Shown in pieces: positions 5,986 to 6,699 of a DNA stretch of 6,699 nt. The stretch lies in the sequence record HG983520.1; one strand, written 5' to 3'. The translations under genes were made by a program, and so were the position numbers. Numbering within the stretch: position 1 is the stretch's first letter; each line of letters begins with the position of its first letter. The notes beneath the pieces were generated by a model. The model worked only from the letters and a program-made list of their open reading frames with translations, did not search any database and was not told where the DNA came from.

Positions 5986-6103
5986 TAATTATACTGAATT
6001 GTCTCCTATTCTGTCCTAACGAAGAATAAAACCACATTCAAAAGCACTATCTTTTTCTTTAAATGGTTTATTTGGGTAAAGTAGTAAATTTATTGTTTCC
6101 TAT

Positions 6104-6699
6104 TTAATCTAATTTTTCTATAATTTCTATAACAATTTTTAAAATTTCCCCTAATAATTCTATAAATCAAACCTTTCAATTTTTATATTCACTTTCTTCC
6201 ATTACGGAAGAAACAGGAAAATAAGTTGGTGGCTCATTACCCTCTCTTAGCTCAGCTAAGTTATTATCTACGGTAACTAGTCGTTCTAAGTACCTGGTAT
6301 GTTGTGGATCCCCATGATCTTCTGCAGAGTTAACTAAATCTTGTAGACTTCTCCTACCTTCTCTAATTCTTATCCTTAACCTATTGGCTTCTTCAGTGTT
6401 ACCTCTTGTTAATTCTACTCCTAAACTTCTAATGTTATTATTAAGATCCCCATATAAATTTTCATGCTCTTGTACTAAATTATTATTTCCTATATCATTT
6501 CCAGTTCCATTAGTAAAACCATTACCATTAGCATTACCATTACCATTAGTCATACCATTAGTATTACCTGAACCATAATTTGAAGGATTATTAGTTCCAT
6601 TAGTCATACCATTAGTATAACCTGAACCATAATTTGAAGGATTATTAGTTCCATTAGTCATACCATTAGTATTACCTGAACCATTAGTCATACCATTAG
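6104..6699 (-). CDS. Orphan ORF of unknown function. Its 5' end lies outside the window. It has an N/G/T-rich tandem-repeat region followed by a charged, probably helical region.
   Basis: The frame is open from the window edge (6699). The standard-code stop is TGA at 6178-6176. With TGA=Trp, as in the neighbouring genes, it reads on through 6169-6167 to TAA at 6106-6104 and adds WKVWFIELLGEILKIVIEIIEKLD. I recognise no family. Confidence 0.45.
6543..6682. repeat. 54-bp tandem repeat, about 2.6 copies, in frame (18 aa per unit) within the orphan ORF
   Basis: Units lie at 6543-6596 and 6597-6650, with a partial unit at 6651-6682. The two full units differ at one position (t/a, giving Asn versus Tyr). 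Shorter ccatta-type repeats flank them at about 6497-6545 and 6683-6699. Confidence 0.9.

Noticed and set aside
6384-6578. Plus-strand ORF 6384..6578
   Set aside because: It is antisense to the orphan ORF and partly generated by the repeat. The minus-strand frame is far longer and stays open to the window edge.
6497-6699. The repeat array as a CRISPR locus
   Set aside because: The units are directly contiguous with no spacers, are in frame within a long ORF, and the context is mitochondrial.
1-6699. Interpretation as a bacterial or phage operon, or a defence island
   Set aside because: The gene content (nad4, atp8, atp6), TGA=Trp, group I introns with LAGLIDADG ORFs, extreme AT richness with GC clusters, and AT-rich tRNAs all indicate a fungal mitochondrial genome.

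Overview
This window is AT-rich fungal mitochondrial DNA that looks Pezizomycotina-like, not a prokaryotic locus. Every gene I can support lies on the minus strand and must be read with TGA=Trp (translation table 4). That is why the supplied standard-code ORF track breaks real genes into pieces.

Gene order in the direction of transcription (high to low coordinates):
- an orphan N/G/T-repeat ORF, whose 5' end runs off the window
- a tRNA with anticodon UAA
- nad4, in two exons split by a 1214-nt group I intron that carries an intact, exon-fused, double-motif LAGLIDADG ORF
- trnR(UCU)
- trnN(GUU)
- atp8
- atp6 exon 1

After about codon 113 of atp6 the homology stops. The remaining ~1.95 kb holds a LAGLIDADG pseudogene with multiple frameshifts, GC-cluster insertions and structured-looking non-coding sequence. 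The 3' two-thirds of atp6 is not in the window.

Short GC-rich palindromic clusters and G/C homopolymer runs of 10-12 nt sit in spacers, introns and the decayed endonuclease gene. Several of them share motifs, which suggests a mobile GC-cluster family.

I see no evidence for a multi-gene system such as defence or secretion. The items most worth a second look are:
- the orphan repeat ORF at the right edge
- the class-I tRNA with a UAA anticodon
- the interrupted atp6
- the GC-cluster family
- the near-identical core shared by the neighbouring trnN and trnR
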